DNA of 64,000 bases from Scenedesmus sp. PABB004 (taxonomy: Eukaryota). The translations under genes and the position numbers were made by a program. The notes below the pieces were generated by a model. That model was not told where the DNA came from and did no database searches. It worked only from the letters and a program-made list of their open reading frames with translations. Of this stretch, positions 52,014 to 64,000 are shown piece by piece (positions within the stretch are counted from its first letter, which is position 1; each line of letters begins with the position of its first letter). The stretch is taken from the NCBI GenBank assembly GCA_014905635.1, contig JABVCE010000003.1, positions 124,001-188,000 on the forward strand, in the 5' to 3' direction.

Positions 52014-53125
52014 GCGCGGCCGGGTGAGCGCGGCGGCCGCGGAAACGTGGCGCCCACGACCGCTCCAGTCCCAGGGGACATCCGTGCCAGCGGCCAGCAG
52101 GGCTCCTCCGCGGCAGCACACGCACGTTCGGCCGCGCTGAACGCGGGCGCGTGCCCCGGCGGCGAGGTACGCGCGCCTCACACCTGCCGGCACGGCGCGC
52201 CCTGGCAGCAGGCGCGTTGATCTCGGCGATGTACACGGGGCTTCCGGGCGCGTCGTCGTGACGCGGGGCGCAAGTCCCAGCCGGCTTAGGCCTAACACTC
52301 GAGACACACCCGGTCCCCCGGCGCCCCCACACGCCACCGCTCGCCACCGCTGTCCGCATTCGTGTACATACTCGCTTCTGCCGCTCTCACGTCCAGTTGG
52401 CACAGCCCACGCACCCCCAGCGCGACGAACGCCCCGAGCTGCGCGCCGCGACCGCAGTGTGCGAGCGCCACCGCCCTTCCAGGTGAGGGCAGAAAGCCGC
52501 GGCGCGTGCCGCCGGCGCGGGGCGGGGCGCCCCGGCGGCGGCAGCGTACTGCGGAGTGGGATGGCGGTGGTCGCGGCAGCGCCGCTCGGCCGCGCCGGCC
52601 CGCTACCGCGCGCTGTCGAGCCGCGGTGGCGTGTGTGCGACCCGGGGCCAGGCGCACAGCGGGAACCGGGCCGCCAGCGCGCGGCCAGGCGCCCGCGCGG
52701 GTCGGCACAGGGCGCGCAGGCCCGCCAGGGCTCGCGGCCGCCCGGCGCGCCGGCTGGGGGCAGTGGCTCCCATGCACAATGCGTCACTCACCCGCCCCCA
52801 CCCCGCCACGCGCCCGGCGCGACGCTCGCCTTGTCGCTCGGCGCGAACGCCAGGCGCGCGCCCGGCAGCCGCGCAGCAGGCCCGGCGGACGCTGGCTTGA
52901 AGCCCTTGGCATGTGCCGGAGCGGTTGAGCGTGAGCCAGCAGGTGCGGCGCCGCGCAGCGGGGCAGCGGCGCCGCGCGGCGGCGGCGGCGGCGCCACGCG
53001 CGGGCGGCGCCTGCTCTCGCAGCCCGCCGACTCTGCCGCGCCCCGCGCCGCGCAGGCGTGCTGCACCTGTGCCCGCCGCGACCCAGCCGTAGCGCGCAGC
53101 GGCGGCGGCAGGAGCAGCGGGCGCC

Positions 53126-55634
53126 ATGGCGGACGTGGCGGCCGAGCTCGCGCCGGGCACGCCCGGCGGCGCGCCGTCGGGCCTGAAGAGCACCTTTAGC
53201 AAGATCTTTGGCAGTCCCTGGGGCAGCGACAGCAGCGGCAGCGCGGACAGTGGCGGCGGCCTCATCGCGGCGTTCCGGGCGATGATGCCCAAGAGCGGCA
53301 GCCTCTCCGGCTCGGGTGCGCGGCGCGGCAGCGCCCGCGCGGCGGCCCGCGCGCGGCGTCGCTGCGGGCCCCTCCCCGGCCCCTGCCGCCCGCTCACGCC
53401 GCGCGCCGCCGCCGCCGCCGCCTCGGCCGCGCAGAGGCGAGCTCGTCGCGCAACGGCTGCGACTCGCCGCTCGCGGGCTCGGCCTACGCGCCGCCGCCGC
53501 CGCCGAGCCCGGGGCGCAAGTCGATGCTGCTCGCGGTGTGCCCGCAGCTGCCGCCGTCCATGCAGCGCCCCGAGTGGTGCCTCGACGACTACGTCATCAC
53601 AGACAAGCTCTACAAGGGATACGCCTCCATGGGTGCGCCGCGCCTGGCGCGCCACTGCCGCCGCCGTGCCCGCCACGCTGCGCCGGCTCTCGCGCTGCGC
53701 GCCGCGCCCGCCGCGCGCCGCGCCGGCCCTCACGCCGCCCGCCTCGTCCCGCCCCGCCCCGCCCCGCCCCGCCGCCGCGCCCCGCCGTCTGCGGCGCAGT
53801 GTACAAGGCGCTGTGCAAGCGCTCGCGCGAGGTGGTTGTGCTCAAGTGCTACCTCATGAGCAGCATCTGCGAGCTCTACCAGCACCAGATCTACCGCGAG
53901 GTCCGCCTGCACTCGGGGTGCGCGCACGAGAACATCATCTCCCTCTACGCCGCCTTCCAGGAGGGCGACCGCGTGGTCATGGTCCAGGAGTATGCCGACG
54001 GCGGCGACCTCTTCAACCTCCTCCAAAAGTACGGCGGCTGCCTCAGCGAGCGCGTCGCGGTGCAGATGGTGCTCGACCCCTTCCTCCGCGTGCTGCAGGT
54101 GCGGCGCGCGCGCGCTGCCCGGCGCCCCGCCGCCCCAGGCGCCGCGCGCCCGCGCCCCGTGCTGCGCCGCCGCCGCCTGCGAGCGCCGCGCTCACACCGC
54201 GCGCGCCTCAACCCCGGCGCGCGCCGCCGCCGCAGTACCTGCACACGCGCGCGATCATCCACCGCGACATCAAGCCCGAGAACATTCTCTTTGCCGACCG
54301 GGGCTCGTGCCTGAAGCTCGCCGACTTTGGGCTCGCCATCGACCTGCGCGAGGAGCGCGCCGTCACGCGCGCGGGCACGCTCGACTACATGGCCCCCGAG
54401 GTGCTCAAGTGCCCCTACAAGTCCAAGCCCGAGGAGAACAAGGAGAAGGTGCACCTGCACTACAGCAACACCGTCGACAGCTGGGCCGTCGGCGTGCTCG
54501 TGTATGAGCTGCTCGTCGGGTGCGGCGGCGGCGCGCGCCGCGGCGCGCGCTGCGCCGCGCCCTCCGCCCGCGCGTTGCCCCGCTCACGCGCCGCCCCCGC
54601 CGCGCCGCGCCGCAGCTGCCCGCCCTTTTACGACAAGAGCAAGTCCAACACCGAGGCGCGCATTGTGAGCGGCGTGCCGCACTTCCCGCCCACCATGAGC
54701 GAGGCGGCCAAAAACTTCATCTGCGCGGGTGCGCCGCCCGCCCCCGCCGCGCGGGCCGCCGCCGCGGCCGCGCTGGCCCGCCGCCGCCGTCTCGTCGCTC
54801 ACCGCCGCCGCCGCCGCCGCGTGCGCAGCGCTGCGCAAGAACCCGGAGGAGCGGCCGAGCGTGCTGGAGATGGTGCACCACCCCTGGGTCGAGCTCTACC
54901 GCATGCGCCGCTCGATGCGGCAGCTCAACCTCGTCGCCGCGGCGCCCTGCGCCAGCAGCAGCAGCTTCACGACCGGCCAGGTCGCGGCCGCGGCCGCGGC
55001 GGCGGGCGCGGCGGCGGCGGGCATCGCGCCGGGCGGCGGCGCCGGCGCCGCGCCGCCGCTGCACGGCGCGACCGCGGCGGGCGGCAGCCCCGCGGCCGCG
55101 ACGCACGACGGGCACGGCCCCGGCGCGGCGGTGCACGCCGCGGCGGCGGCGCTGAGCGCGGCCAAGCGCAGCGTGCTGAAGCACGCGGTCACGCACAAGG
55201 TCGTGGGCGGCGGCAGCCCCCTGCAGCGCGCGGAGGCCAAGCTCGCTGACAAGGACGGCCTCCTGCTGCACCTCTCCGCCGCGAGCTCGCCCTGCCTCCT
55301 GCAGACGCCGGGCGCGCCCGCCGGCGCCGGCAGCCTGCTCAAGGCGGCGATGTGCGGCAGCGCGGCGGCGGCCGCGGCGGCGGCCGCGCCGCCCGCGGCG
55401 CCCGCGGGCGCGCCGCCCGCGGCCGCGCCGGCAGCGCTCGCGCCGCACGGCGCGGCGGCGCCGCCGAGCCTGATCAAGGGCGGCAGCGTCAAGATCGACG
55501 GCAGCGCGCTGACCTTCCTCTTTGCCGGCGGCCGCGGCCCCGCGGTCGGCCTCGCCGCGCCGGGGCACGCCAAGCCCGTCACGGCCGCCGCGGCGGCGGC
55601 GGAGACTGACCTGCTCATCTCGGCCTTCCACTGA
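53126..55634 (+). CDS. Aurora-like Ser/Thr protein kinase (green-algal type), multi-exon
   Basis: WCLDDYVITDKLYKGYAS, HQIYREVRLH, IIHRDIKPENIL, KLADFG, RAGTLDYMAPEV, DSWAVGV. Confidence 0.88.
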
Positions 55635-56746
55635 GCCCGTGCGTGCAGGGCCGCCGTCCGAGGCGAGGCTCCACGGGCCGGCCGGGCGTGGGGCGGCGCG
55701 GCCCCGCGCCCCGCGCCCACCCTGTACAGACTGCGCTGCCCGCGCCTGGCCGCCCGCCGCGCCAGTGCGCGGCGGGCGGCGGGGGCCGGCGGGCACAGGA
55801 ACTGCGCGGCGCTGCGCCTCCCCTCCGCCCCGGCATGGCAGCAGCAGCGGCCCCGCGCTCTCGGTGCGGCGGCGGTCGCCACTGGGCAGATAGAGGGAGG
55901 GCAAACCACTTGCGCCACACACCTTGCGTGGCAGACCCGCGCAGGGCGGGCACGCCGCTCGCACGCGGCGCCCGGTGGCGGCAGCGAGCGGGGAGGGGTC
56001 TGCCGGGCGGGGTGGTCGGGTCGGGTCGGGTCGGGTCGGTCTGCGCGGCGTTGCCCTGGTCTTGTGTGCCCCTGCCTGCCTGCGTGCGTGTGGGGCCCGC
56101 TGGCGCATTCTATCTGCACCGCGTGCGGCAGCGGCGCGTGCCTCATAAACGCGCCGGCCTTGCGGCGCGCGCTGCTGCTGCGAGGGCCTGGGGCCGGCGA
56201 CCCCTCGGAGCGCGCTGCCCGGCTGCGGTGCGAGCGTTTTTCCCCCTCCCCGCCGCCCCTCGCGAGGCGCGGCCTGCGTCCGCCGCGGGCCGCCGTCTGT
56301 GGCCGGCGGCGTGGATGCGGCTGGGCGGGGTGGGGGCTGTGGGGGCTGCTGCGAGCTGCTAACATGCTCTCTCTCTGTGCTGCCCAGCGCGGGCTGTAAC
56401 CAAACCCGTTCGCCCGAGACTGTGGTCGCCAGTCACGCGCCGAGGGCAGCGCCTCCGCGCCGCCGCCGCGCCGCCGCCGCGCCGGCGCAGCCAGGCCGCC
56501 GGGCAGCGGCCCGCAGGGCCCCCCGAGAGTGGCTGCTGCTCCCTGGGCAGCTTCGGAGCTGTCGGCGGCGCTGGCCCCAGCCGCCGGGGGGTTGAGCCAA
56601 CCCTGCGCGCCGCCCCGGCGCCTCACAAGCTGCGGGCCTCCCGCGTGCTCGCTCAGAGCTGTCAGCACCCTGTCGCTGAGCTGCTCACGACGCTGTGACA
56701 CACACCCACGCCGACACACCGACTGCAGCTCTTGCCGTCGGCCAAG

Positions 56747-58603
56747 ATGCTGTCCACCGCGCGCGTGGCGCGGGTGGCGCTCTGTGCCGCGTCCTGCGGC
56801 GCCAGCTTCATGCTCCAGTCGCGCTCACGGGTGCGCCGGGGCGCTGGGGGCCGCGCTGCGGCGCGGCGGCCTTTCCCAGCTCCGGCGCCCGTCCCGTCCC
56901 GCAGGCGAGGGCGCGCGAGCTCGCCGCGCTCCAGGCTGTTGAGGACGAGGAGCGTGCAGCGCGCGAGGTGGCCGTGCGCGGCCTGGTCGCGGGCGCGGTC
57001 GCCAAGGCGGTGGCGCAGGTCTGTGGCGGCCGCCGCTCGAGCCGGCCCACGGCGCGGCCACGCCCGCGCGGGAGCCCTGCAGGCGCGCGGCACGGCTCAC
57101 GCACGGCGCCCTGGCGCGCGCGGCGCAGGCGGAGCACGAGGCGGCGCAGGCCGCGGCCGCCGAGGAGCTGGAGCGGCGCCTGGTGTGCGGCCAGGTGGCC
57201 AAGGCCGCGGTGGCGGCGGTGGTGGCGGCGCAGGTGCGGGGCGGCGCAGCACAGCGCGCGCGTGGCGCACCCGCCGCCGCGCTCACCCGGCCGCTGCGCC
57301 GCGCGCTGCGCGCCCAGGCCCACGACGCCAGGCTGGCGGCGCTCGGCGCGCGCCTCGCCGCCAAGGATGAGCGCCTGGGCAACCTGACCGAGCAGCGCGA
57401 CGGCTGGCGGGTGCGCCCCGGCGAGCGCGAGCTGGCTGGCAGGGCCAGTGCCTAATTAGGCACTTATAGCGCGGCTGCCGCGAGGCCTGTGAATTGACGC
57501 CGCCCGCCCGCCGCCGACGTGCAGGCGCGGAGCGCCGACCTGGCGGCGCAGGCCTACGACCTGCGCGTGATGTATGACCGCCGCGCCGTGGCGGATGCGG
57601 CCGCCGCCGAGGAGCGCGCGGCGCGCGAGGTGGCCGTGCGCGGCCTGGTCGCGGGCGCGGTCGCCAAGGCGGTGGCGCAGGCGGAGCACGAGGCGGCGCA
57701 GGCCGCGGCCGCCGAGGAGCTGGAGCGGCGCCTGGTGTGCGGCCAGGTGGCCAAGGCCGCGGTGGCGGCGGTGGTGGCGGTGGTGGCGGCGCAGGTGCGG
57801 GGCGGCGCAGCACGGCGCGCGCGTGGCGCACTCGCCGCCGCGCTCACCCGGCCGCTGCGCCGCGCGCTGCCCGCCCAGGCCCTCGACGCCAGGCTGGCCG
57901 CGCTCGGCGCGCGCCTCGCCGCCAAGGAGGAGCAGCTGGCAAACATGATGGGGCAGCGCGACGGCTGGCAGGCGCGGCCGCGCGCGGGGTGGCGAGCAGG
58001 GCTGGCAGGCCAGCGGCAGCTTGGTCCTCGCGCCTCTGCCGCCGTCGCCAGGCGCGCGCGCTCACGCCTGCCGCCCGACGGCCCGACGCCGCGCAGGTGT
58101 GGAGCGAGGACCTGGCGGCGCAGATCTACAAGCTGCGCGCGCGGATCAGGCGCAGCGCTGCGGCCGAGGCGGCCGCCGCCGAGCGCGAGGAGCGCGTCCA
58201 CGCCAGCATGGCGCGCGCGGCGTGCCCCACCTGCGCCACGAGCCAGCTCGCTGAGGCCGATGCGCTGGCCGCGAGCAAGCTGGCCCCGGTCGCGACCGGC
58301 CGCACCGGCGCGGCGGCTCCCGCGGCCCTCTCTGGCCCGGCCGTGCGCGCCGCGGGCCAGGGCCGGGGCGCGTGGGCGGCGGCGTCCGAGCAGCCGGGGA
58401 GCCCGGGCACGCCGGCCCAGCAGGGTGCGAGCGACGGCGACGGCAGCGCCGCCGCCAGCAGCGTGCAGCCGCGCGCGGGGCTGGCCAGCAGCAGCGGCCT
58501 GCGGCAGGCTGCTGCTCACGGCGGCGGCAGCCGCGCGGTGGGCGGGAGCTACCCGCAGGCGGCAGCCACCAACGCCACCGCGGTCGGCGCGTGGGGCGTG
58601 TGA
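56747..58603 (+). CDS. Hypothetical Ala-rich coiled-coil protein built from an internal tandem duplication
   Basis: Repeated EERAAREVAVRGLVAGAVAKAVAQAEHEAAQ...RRLVCGQVAKAAV unit, with GT/GC-AG introns. Start and exon limits are uncertain. Confidence 0.5.
56947..57968 (+). repeat. Intragenic direct duplication: copy 1 about 56947-57407, copy 2 about 57609-57968
   Basis: Near-identical exons and one shared intron. Copy 1 has an extra 110-bp intron (57019-57128). Confidence 0.92.
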
Positions 58604-59071
58604 GGCGGCGCAAGTCAACGTCGGCGGGCCGCGCGTGCGTGGCGGCAGGACTGGGCGCTCGGGGCGCGCGCGCGCGCTGTGGCAGAGCTGTTAAGGCCTG
58701 GGCTGTGACTCGTGTGCTCGCTTCGCGCCTGGAGAATAGGCCTAGTGTTACACGCCCGCTCGCGCTCGCGCTCGCACGCAGCAACCCAGGCGCGCGCCCG
58801 CGCCGCACGCAGCGCCAACTGCCCCCTACAGGCGCGCGCGCTGCGCCGCGCCCCCGATGCGCAGTGCTGGGTCAGGGTCTGGTCAGCTCGGAGGTCACTC
58901 GGAGCCAGTCACTGCGCGCGCGCCAAGCCCCCTGCTTCCCGCGCCGCTGCCGTGCGCGCGCGCGCAACCCTCGCTGCGCAACGGCGTGCCGCCGCCGGGC
59001 GCCCGCGGCGGCGCGGCCCGGCGCCCGGCGTGGCGCACACGGCGCCCCCCGGCGCGGCGCACACGGCGCGC

Positions 59072-59932
59072 TCAGAAGTCTGCGTCGAGCTGGAAGCTGT
59101 GCAGGTCGCCCTGCAGGCCCGCCATGACGCCGCTCTTCTGGTAGTCGCCGACGCGCTTCTCAAAGAAGTTGGTCTTGCCCCTGCGGCGCGGCGCGGAGGC
59201 GCCGCGTGAGCGCCCGGCGCCGGCGGCGCACGCCGCGGCAGCGCCGCGCAGCTCCCCGCCTGCCCCCCGCCTGCGCGTGCCCGCCGCGCGCGCGCGGCGC
59301 GGGTGGCTCACTGCAGGGATATGATCTCCATCCAGTCAAAGGGGTTTGCGGTGCGGTAGTGCTTGTCGTTGCCGAGCGCGACGAGCAGGCGGTCGGCGAC
59401 AAACTCGATGTAGTGGCACATGAGCTTGCCGTTCATGCCGATCAGGTCGACCGGCAGCGCGTCGCACACAAACTCCTGCTCAATCTCGACCGCCTCACTG
59501 ATGATCGCCAGGATGCGCTCCTTGGGCAGCTTGTTGTTCAGCATGCTGCGCCGCGGCGGGGTGCGGCGCGCGCGCGCGAGGGGGAGGCGGGTGGGCAGGT
59601 GGTGAGGCGCGGGCGCGGCGGCGGCGAGGGGCGGCGGCGGCGGGGTGGTGGCCGCTGTGCTGTGCTACTGCGCGCTGCGGTGCGCGGCGCACCCGTAGAG
59701 GAGGCAGCCAAAGTCGGTGTGCAGGCCCTCGTCGCGGGAGATGAGCTCGTTGCTGAAGGTCAGCCCCGGCATGAGGCCGCGCTTCTTGAGCCAGAAGATG
59801 GCGCAGAAGCTGCCGCTGAAAAAGATGCCCTCCACCGCCGCGTACGCGACGAGGCGCTCCGCAAAGCTCTCGGAGCTGTGCGCGCGGAGGCCGTCGGCGC
59901 GGCGGGCGTCGGCGCGGCGCCGCCGCTGCCCG

Positions 59933-59963
<31 letters not shown>

Positions 59964-61016
59964 CCCGCCCCCCCGCGCAGTCGGCGCGCCGCGCCTGTTG
60001 ATCCACTTCATCGCCCAGTCGGCCTTCCTCTTGACGCAGTCGACGGTCTGGATGGCGTGGAAGAGCTTGTCCTTCTCCACCGGGTCCTTCACGTACGACT
60101 CGAGCAGCAGGCTGTACATCTCTGCGGGCAAGCCGCACGGGCCGCGCGGGCCGGGCGGGGGTCAGTCGGCGGGCAAGCCGCCGCGAGCGCAGGGCGGGGC
60201 GCCCCACGTCCCCGGCGCGCCGCCGCCGCGCGGCACGCACCGGAGTGGATGTTCTCGATGGCGATCTGGAAGCCGTAGAACGCGCGCGCCTGCGGGGGGC
60301 AGCAGCAGCGGCGGCGGCGCAGCGGCGAGTCGGCGCGCCGCGCGCAGCCGTGCGCGGCGGCGGCCGCGCCGCCGCGCCCTGCGGGCCGCCCTGCCGCGTC
60401 CGCGGCGGCGCCTGCTCCGCGCGCCCCTGCCGGCCTGCCCGCGGCGGCGCAGGCGCGCGACGCGGCGCGCGCCGCGGCGCCGCGGCGCGGGAGCCCCTGG
60501 GCGCGCACCTCGGGCAGCTGCACCTCCTTCATGAACCGCGCGCCCAGGTTCTCCAGCACGATGCCGTCGGAGGCGGCGAAGAAGGCGAGGACGTGGAGGA
60601 TGAAGTGCTTCTCGTCGGCGGTGAGGCGCTCCCAGTGGCGCATGTCGTCGCCGAGGTCCACCTCCTCCGCTGCGCGCATGGCGGCGGGCGCGCGCGGTCG
60701 GGAGGGTCAGGGGCACCGCCGCGCTCCGGGCGGGCGCGCCGGCCCCCACGCGCCCGCAGCGCGCGCCCCGGGCGCTGCTGCTGTCGCGCATGATGGCGGC
60801 CGCGCGCGCGCCGCACACGCGCCGCGCCGTCCCGCCCGCCCGCCCCCGGCGCGCCAGGGCCATGGGTCGCGCACCCGTCCAGAAGCTGGCCTCCGCCTTC
60901 TTGTACATCTCCCAGATGACGGGGTAGTGGATGGGGAACATGCAGAACCGGTCCGGGTTCTCGTCCAGCAGCGGCTCCGCCAGCCGGTTGCCCTTCACGG
61001 GCGACGCCTCGGCCAT
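59072..61016 (-). CDS. RNR2: Ribonucleoside-diphosphate reductase small subunit, multi-exon
   Basis: [90 protein letters not shown]. Confidence 0.97.
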
Positions 61017-61525
61017 GGCTGAGCACGTACGCGCGGCGGCGCGGCGCGGGGCGCGCGGGGCGCGCTGTGCGGAGGCGAGGCGGGCGCGGCGGTCGCGGGC
61101 GGTAAGGGGCGGTCGAGCGGGCGTCTGCGAGGCGGCGGGTGCGCGATCGGGCTGTGCGGGGCGCGTTAAACCTGCCCGGCGCGCCAGCGCGCTTGCCACT
61201 CGTTCAAACGCAATTAACACCCAAACCGCGTGGCGGCAAGGTGGCTGGCGGCGCTGCTGGTGCTGCCACACGCTCGCCGAGCTTCACGCCCGCGCGGGCC
61301 CGGCAGCGGCGGCGGCTGCGCGGCGCGCGGCGGTTGCGCGCTGTGTGGCCGCGCCGCGCGTCAGTTGCGTCGGTTGCCTGCGTGCGGCCAGGGGACGGTT
61401 GTTGAGCACACAGCAACGGCGGCCGCCGGACGACCGGGCGCGGCGCGGCGCCGGCGACGCCGCGGCTCGGCGCAGCCAGCTTGCCCCGGCGCGAACAGCT
61501 GCCGCCGGCGCGCGGCACCGCGCCC

Positions 61526-64000
61526 CTACTCGGAGCCGCCCGACTCGTAGTCGGTGTCCTCGTCCTCGCGGAACGCGGCGTCGTCGCCGGCGAGGGCGTC
61601 GAAGCCAAACAGCTGCTTGTGCAGCGCGGCGTAGTCGACCTGCGGCCCGCGCCGCCGGCGCTGCTGCCGGCGCGCGGGGCCGCCGCCGCGCCCGCTGCTG
61701 CTGCCGGGCGTGCCGTCGCTGCTGCCGCCGCTGCCGCTCTCGTCGTCGTCCGAGGAGGAGGAGCCCGAGCCGCTGCCGCTGCTGCTGGTGGCGGCGCCTG
61801 CGGCGGGCGGAGAGCGGGCGGGCGGGCGGGCGCAGGTCAGCTGGCCCGCCCCGGCGGCCGGCCTCGGCAGGCGCTGGCAGGCGTGTGCCGCCCCGGCGGC
61901 CTCGGCATGGCAGCGCACCTGCGCGCCTGCGCCCGCCGCTCGCAGGCCGACCGCGCCCGCCGCTGCCGGGCCGCCGGCCGTCGCCCTTGCCGCCGGAGGA
62001 GCGGTTGTGCGGCGACGCGCCGGCGGCGATTGCCGCGGCCGCCACCGCCTTGACCGCGCTGGGCCGCCTGCTGCGGCGCACCGCGAGGCCCTCCTCGCTC
62101 CCGGCGCCGCCGTCCGAGCCGCTGCCGTCCGAGCCGCTGCCGCTGCTGCCGCTGCCGCTGCTGCCGCTGCTGCCGCTGCCGTCGCTGCTGCCGCTGTCGT
62201 CCGACGCCAACGCCGCGCCTGCCTTGCGCGACCCGCCGCGGCCGCGCCCGCCGCCCCGCTCCTGCTTGGCCTGCCGCCGCCGCTTGCTCGGCCGGTGCTT
62301 GCCCTCCGCCGCGTCGCGCCCTGCGCGCGCGGCGGCGGCGCCGCGTCAGTCCCCGCCCAGGCGCGCTGCCGGCCGCGGCCAGCGATGGCGGCGGGGCCCG
62401 CGCGCCGCCGCGCGCGTGCCGCGCACCCGAGCCGCCGTCGTCGTCCTCGCTGTAGCTGCCGTCGTCCTCGTCGTCCGACGGCAGCTCCGCCAGCAGCAGC
62501 GGCACGCCGCCGCCGCCGCTGCGGCGCCGCGCGCTGCCGCCGCCGGCCGCGTGCGCCGCGGCGGCGGCCGCCGCCGCCGCGGCAAACGCGCCGCCGCCGC
62601 CGCCGCCGTGCGGGCTCTCGAGCGAGCCCGCGGAGCGCAGGCGCGCGAGGCGCAGCGCCTCCTGCTCGTGTGGCGGCTCCGCGAAGAGCTGCGCCCAGGG
62701 CGTGTCGATGTCGTAGTCGGTGCCGTAGTGCTCGTTCACGAGAATGACGATGTCCATCTGCGGGCGCGTTGTGCTGGCGTGAGCGCGCACGTGCGTGTGC
62801 GTGTGTGCGTGCGCGCGTGCCGCGGGGCGCCGCGCCGCGCCGCGCCGCGCCTTTGCGTCGCACGCGGGGCAGAGCCAGCCCTCGTCCTCGGGGATGTCGG
62901 CGAGCACGAGGCGCGGGCACACGCAGGCCTCGTGGTACGCGCGGTTGCAGGGGCCGTCGCAGAGCACGAGGTCGTTGTCGTCGCTCGCGGTGCTCGCTCT
63001 GCACGCGGCGCAGAAGATGTCGGCCACGTCGATCTCGCCCTCGCTGTCCAGCGCCGACGCGGGGATGGCCTCGCCCGCGGCCACCTGCGCGCGCGCGGCG
63101 GCGCCGCGCCCGCGGCGTCGCGGTCGCGCGCGGCCGCGGGGGCAGCACACCGCGCGCCCGGCGCGCGGCCCGGGGCCTCGCGCTCTGCACCGGCGCGCCC
63201 GCCCCGCCCCGCCGCGCCGCGCCGCACCTCGTCGCAGAAGCGCGCCGCCTGGCGGATGACCTCCTTGCAGCGCGCGACCGTCATCTCCGCGCGCCGCATC
63301 TCGTCCGTCAGGCGCACCTTCTCGCGGCTGCGCCCGCGCGCGCGCCGCGGGCCGCGGGCGCGCGGGCGCGCGGGCGGGCGGCGCGTCGGCGCAGCGCGTG
63401 CGGGGCCGGCGGCCGCCGCGCGGCAGGAGGGGCGGGCGCCCCCTCGGGCTCTGGCGGCGCACGCGCGGCCGCGCGCCGCCGCCGCGCACGCGCCGCGCCG
63501 CCGCGCGCACCTCGCGCCCTTCCAGCCGTCGGCGGCGTACGTCGCCAGGAGGTGCTCCTCGGTGCCGATGCGCTGCAGCGTGTGCGTCACGCGCTTGACG
63601 GCGTGGACGTAGCTCGTGATCGGCCGGATGGGCCGCAGCCGCACGCTGCCCGTGGTCGTGGTGCCGCTGCTGCCGCCCTCGCCCGCCATCAGCGCGGCGA
63701 GCGGGCCCTTGCGCTTGCGCTGCGGTGACGGCTTGGGCTTGTTCTTGCTGCCCTTGGGACGCCCGGGGCGGCGCTTGGCCGGCGGCGCGGGCTCGGGCGA
63801 GCCGCCGTCGCTGCTCTCGGGCGGCGGCTTGGGCTTGTTCTTGCTGCCCTTGGGACGCCCGGGGCGGCGCTTGGCCGACGGCGCGGGCTCGGGCGAGCCG
63901 CCGTCGCTGCTCTCGGGCGGCGGCTTGGGCTTGTTCTTGCTGCCCTTGGGACGCCCGCGGCCGCGCTTGGCCGGCGGTGCGGGCTCGGGCGAGCCGCCGT
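61526..64000 (-). CDS. PHD-finger protein related to the HAT3.1/PRH family, with N-terminal AT-hook repeats; 5' end outside the window
   Basis: EEHLLATYAADGWKG, DIFCAACRASTASDDNDLVLCDGPCNRAYHEACVCP...GWLCPACDAK, ELPSDDEDDGSY, VDYAALHKQLFG. Confidence 0.85.
63730..64000 (-). repeat. Coding tandem repeat with a 96-bp (32-aa) period, about 3 copies visible, each with an AT-hook
   Basis: Units start at 63730, 63826 and 63922 and encode AKRRPGRPKGSKNKPKPPPESSDGGSPEPAPP. Confidence 0.92.

Overview
Very GC-rich, gene-dense eukaryotic nuclear DNA with many short (about 80-150 nt) spliceosomal introns and TGTAA poly(A) signals. It is most likely a chlorophyte green alga (Sphaeropleales-like; inference). 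About 25 protein genes are recognisable after splicing by eye: Deg protease, FtsH, TIPIN/Swi3, MATE, DUF493, NDUFAF8-like, tRNA-splicing endonuclease SEN2, USP, CWC2, bZIP, SnRK2, cathepsin Z, pirin, BCH/CRAL-TRIO, MICU, C2 protein, RPS7, Cgr1/CCDC86, CHLM, lipase, Aurora-like kinase, RNR2 and a PHD/AT-hook protein. Most long six-frame ORFs are GC artefacts or intron read-through. The most notable feature is a circularly permuted tRNA-Ser(AGA) gene, whose 3' half lies upstream of its 5' half, with an upstream TATA, a leader/trailer pairing into a relaxed BHB-like junction, and a T-run terminator. It occurs twice, once in each arm of a ~1.2-kb inverted duplication (1045-2216 / 5520-6723). That duplication also appears to supply near-identical 3' UTRs to the convergent Deg and FtsH genes. 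Within the next 18 kb lie a SEN2 endonuclease gene, apparently the downstream ORF of a bicistronic unit, and a conventional intron-containing tRNA-Ser(TGA) that looks like a model for the precursor of the permuted gene. An intragenic duplication at 56.9-58.0 kb shows a precise intron presence/absence difference. Exon boundaries were read by eye and are approximate.
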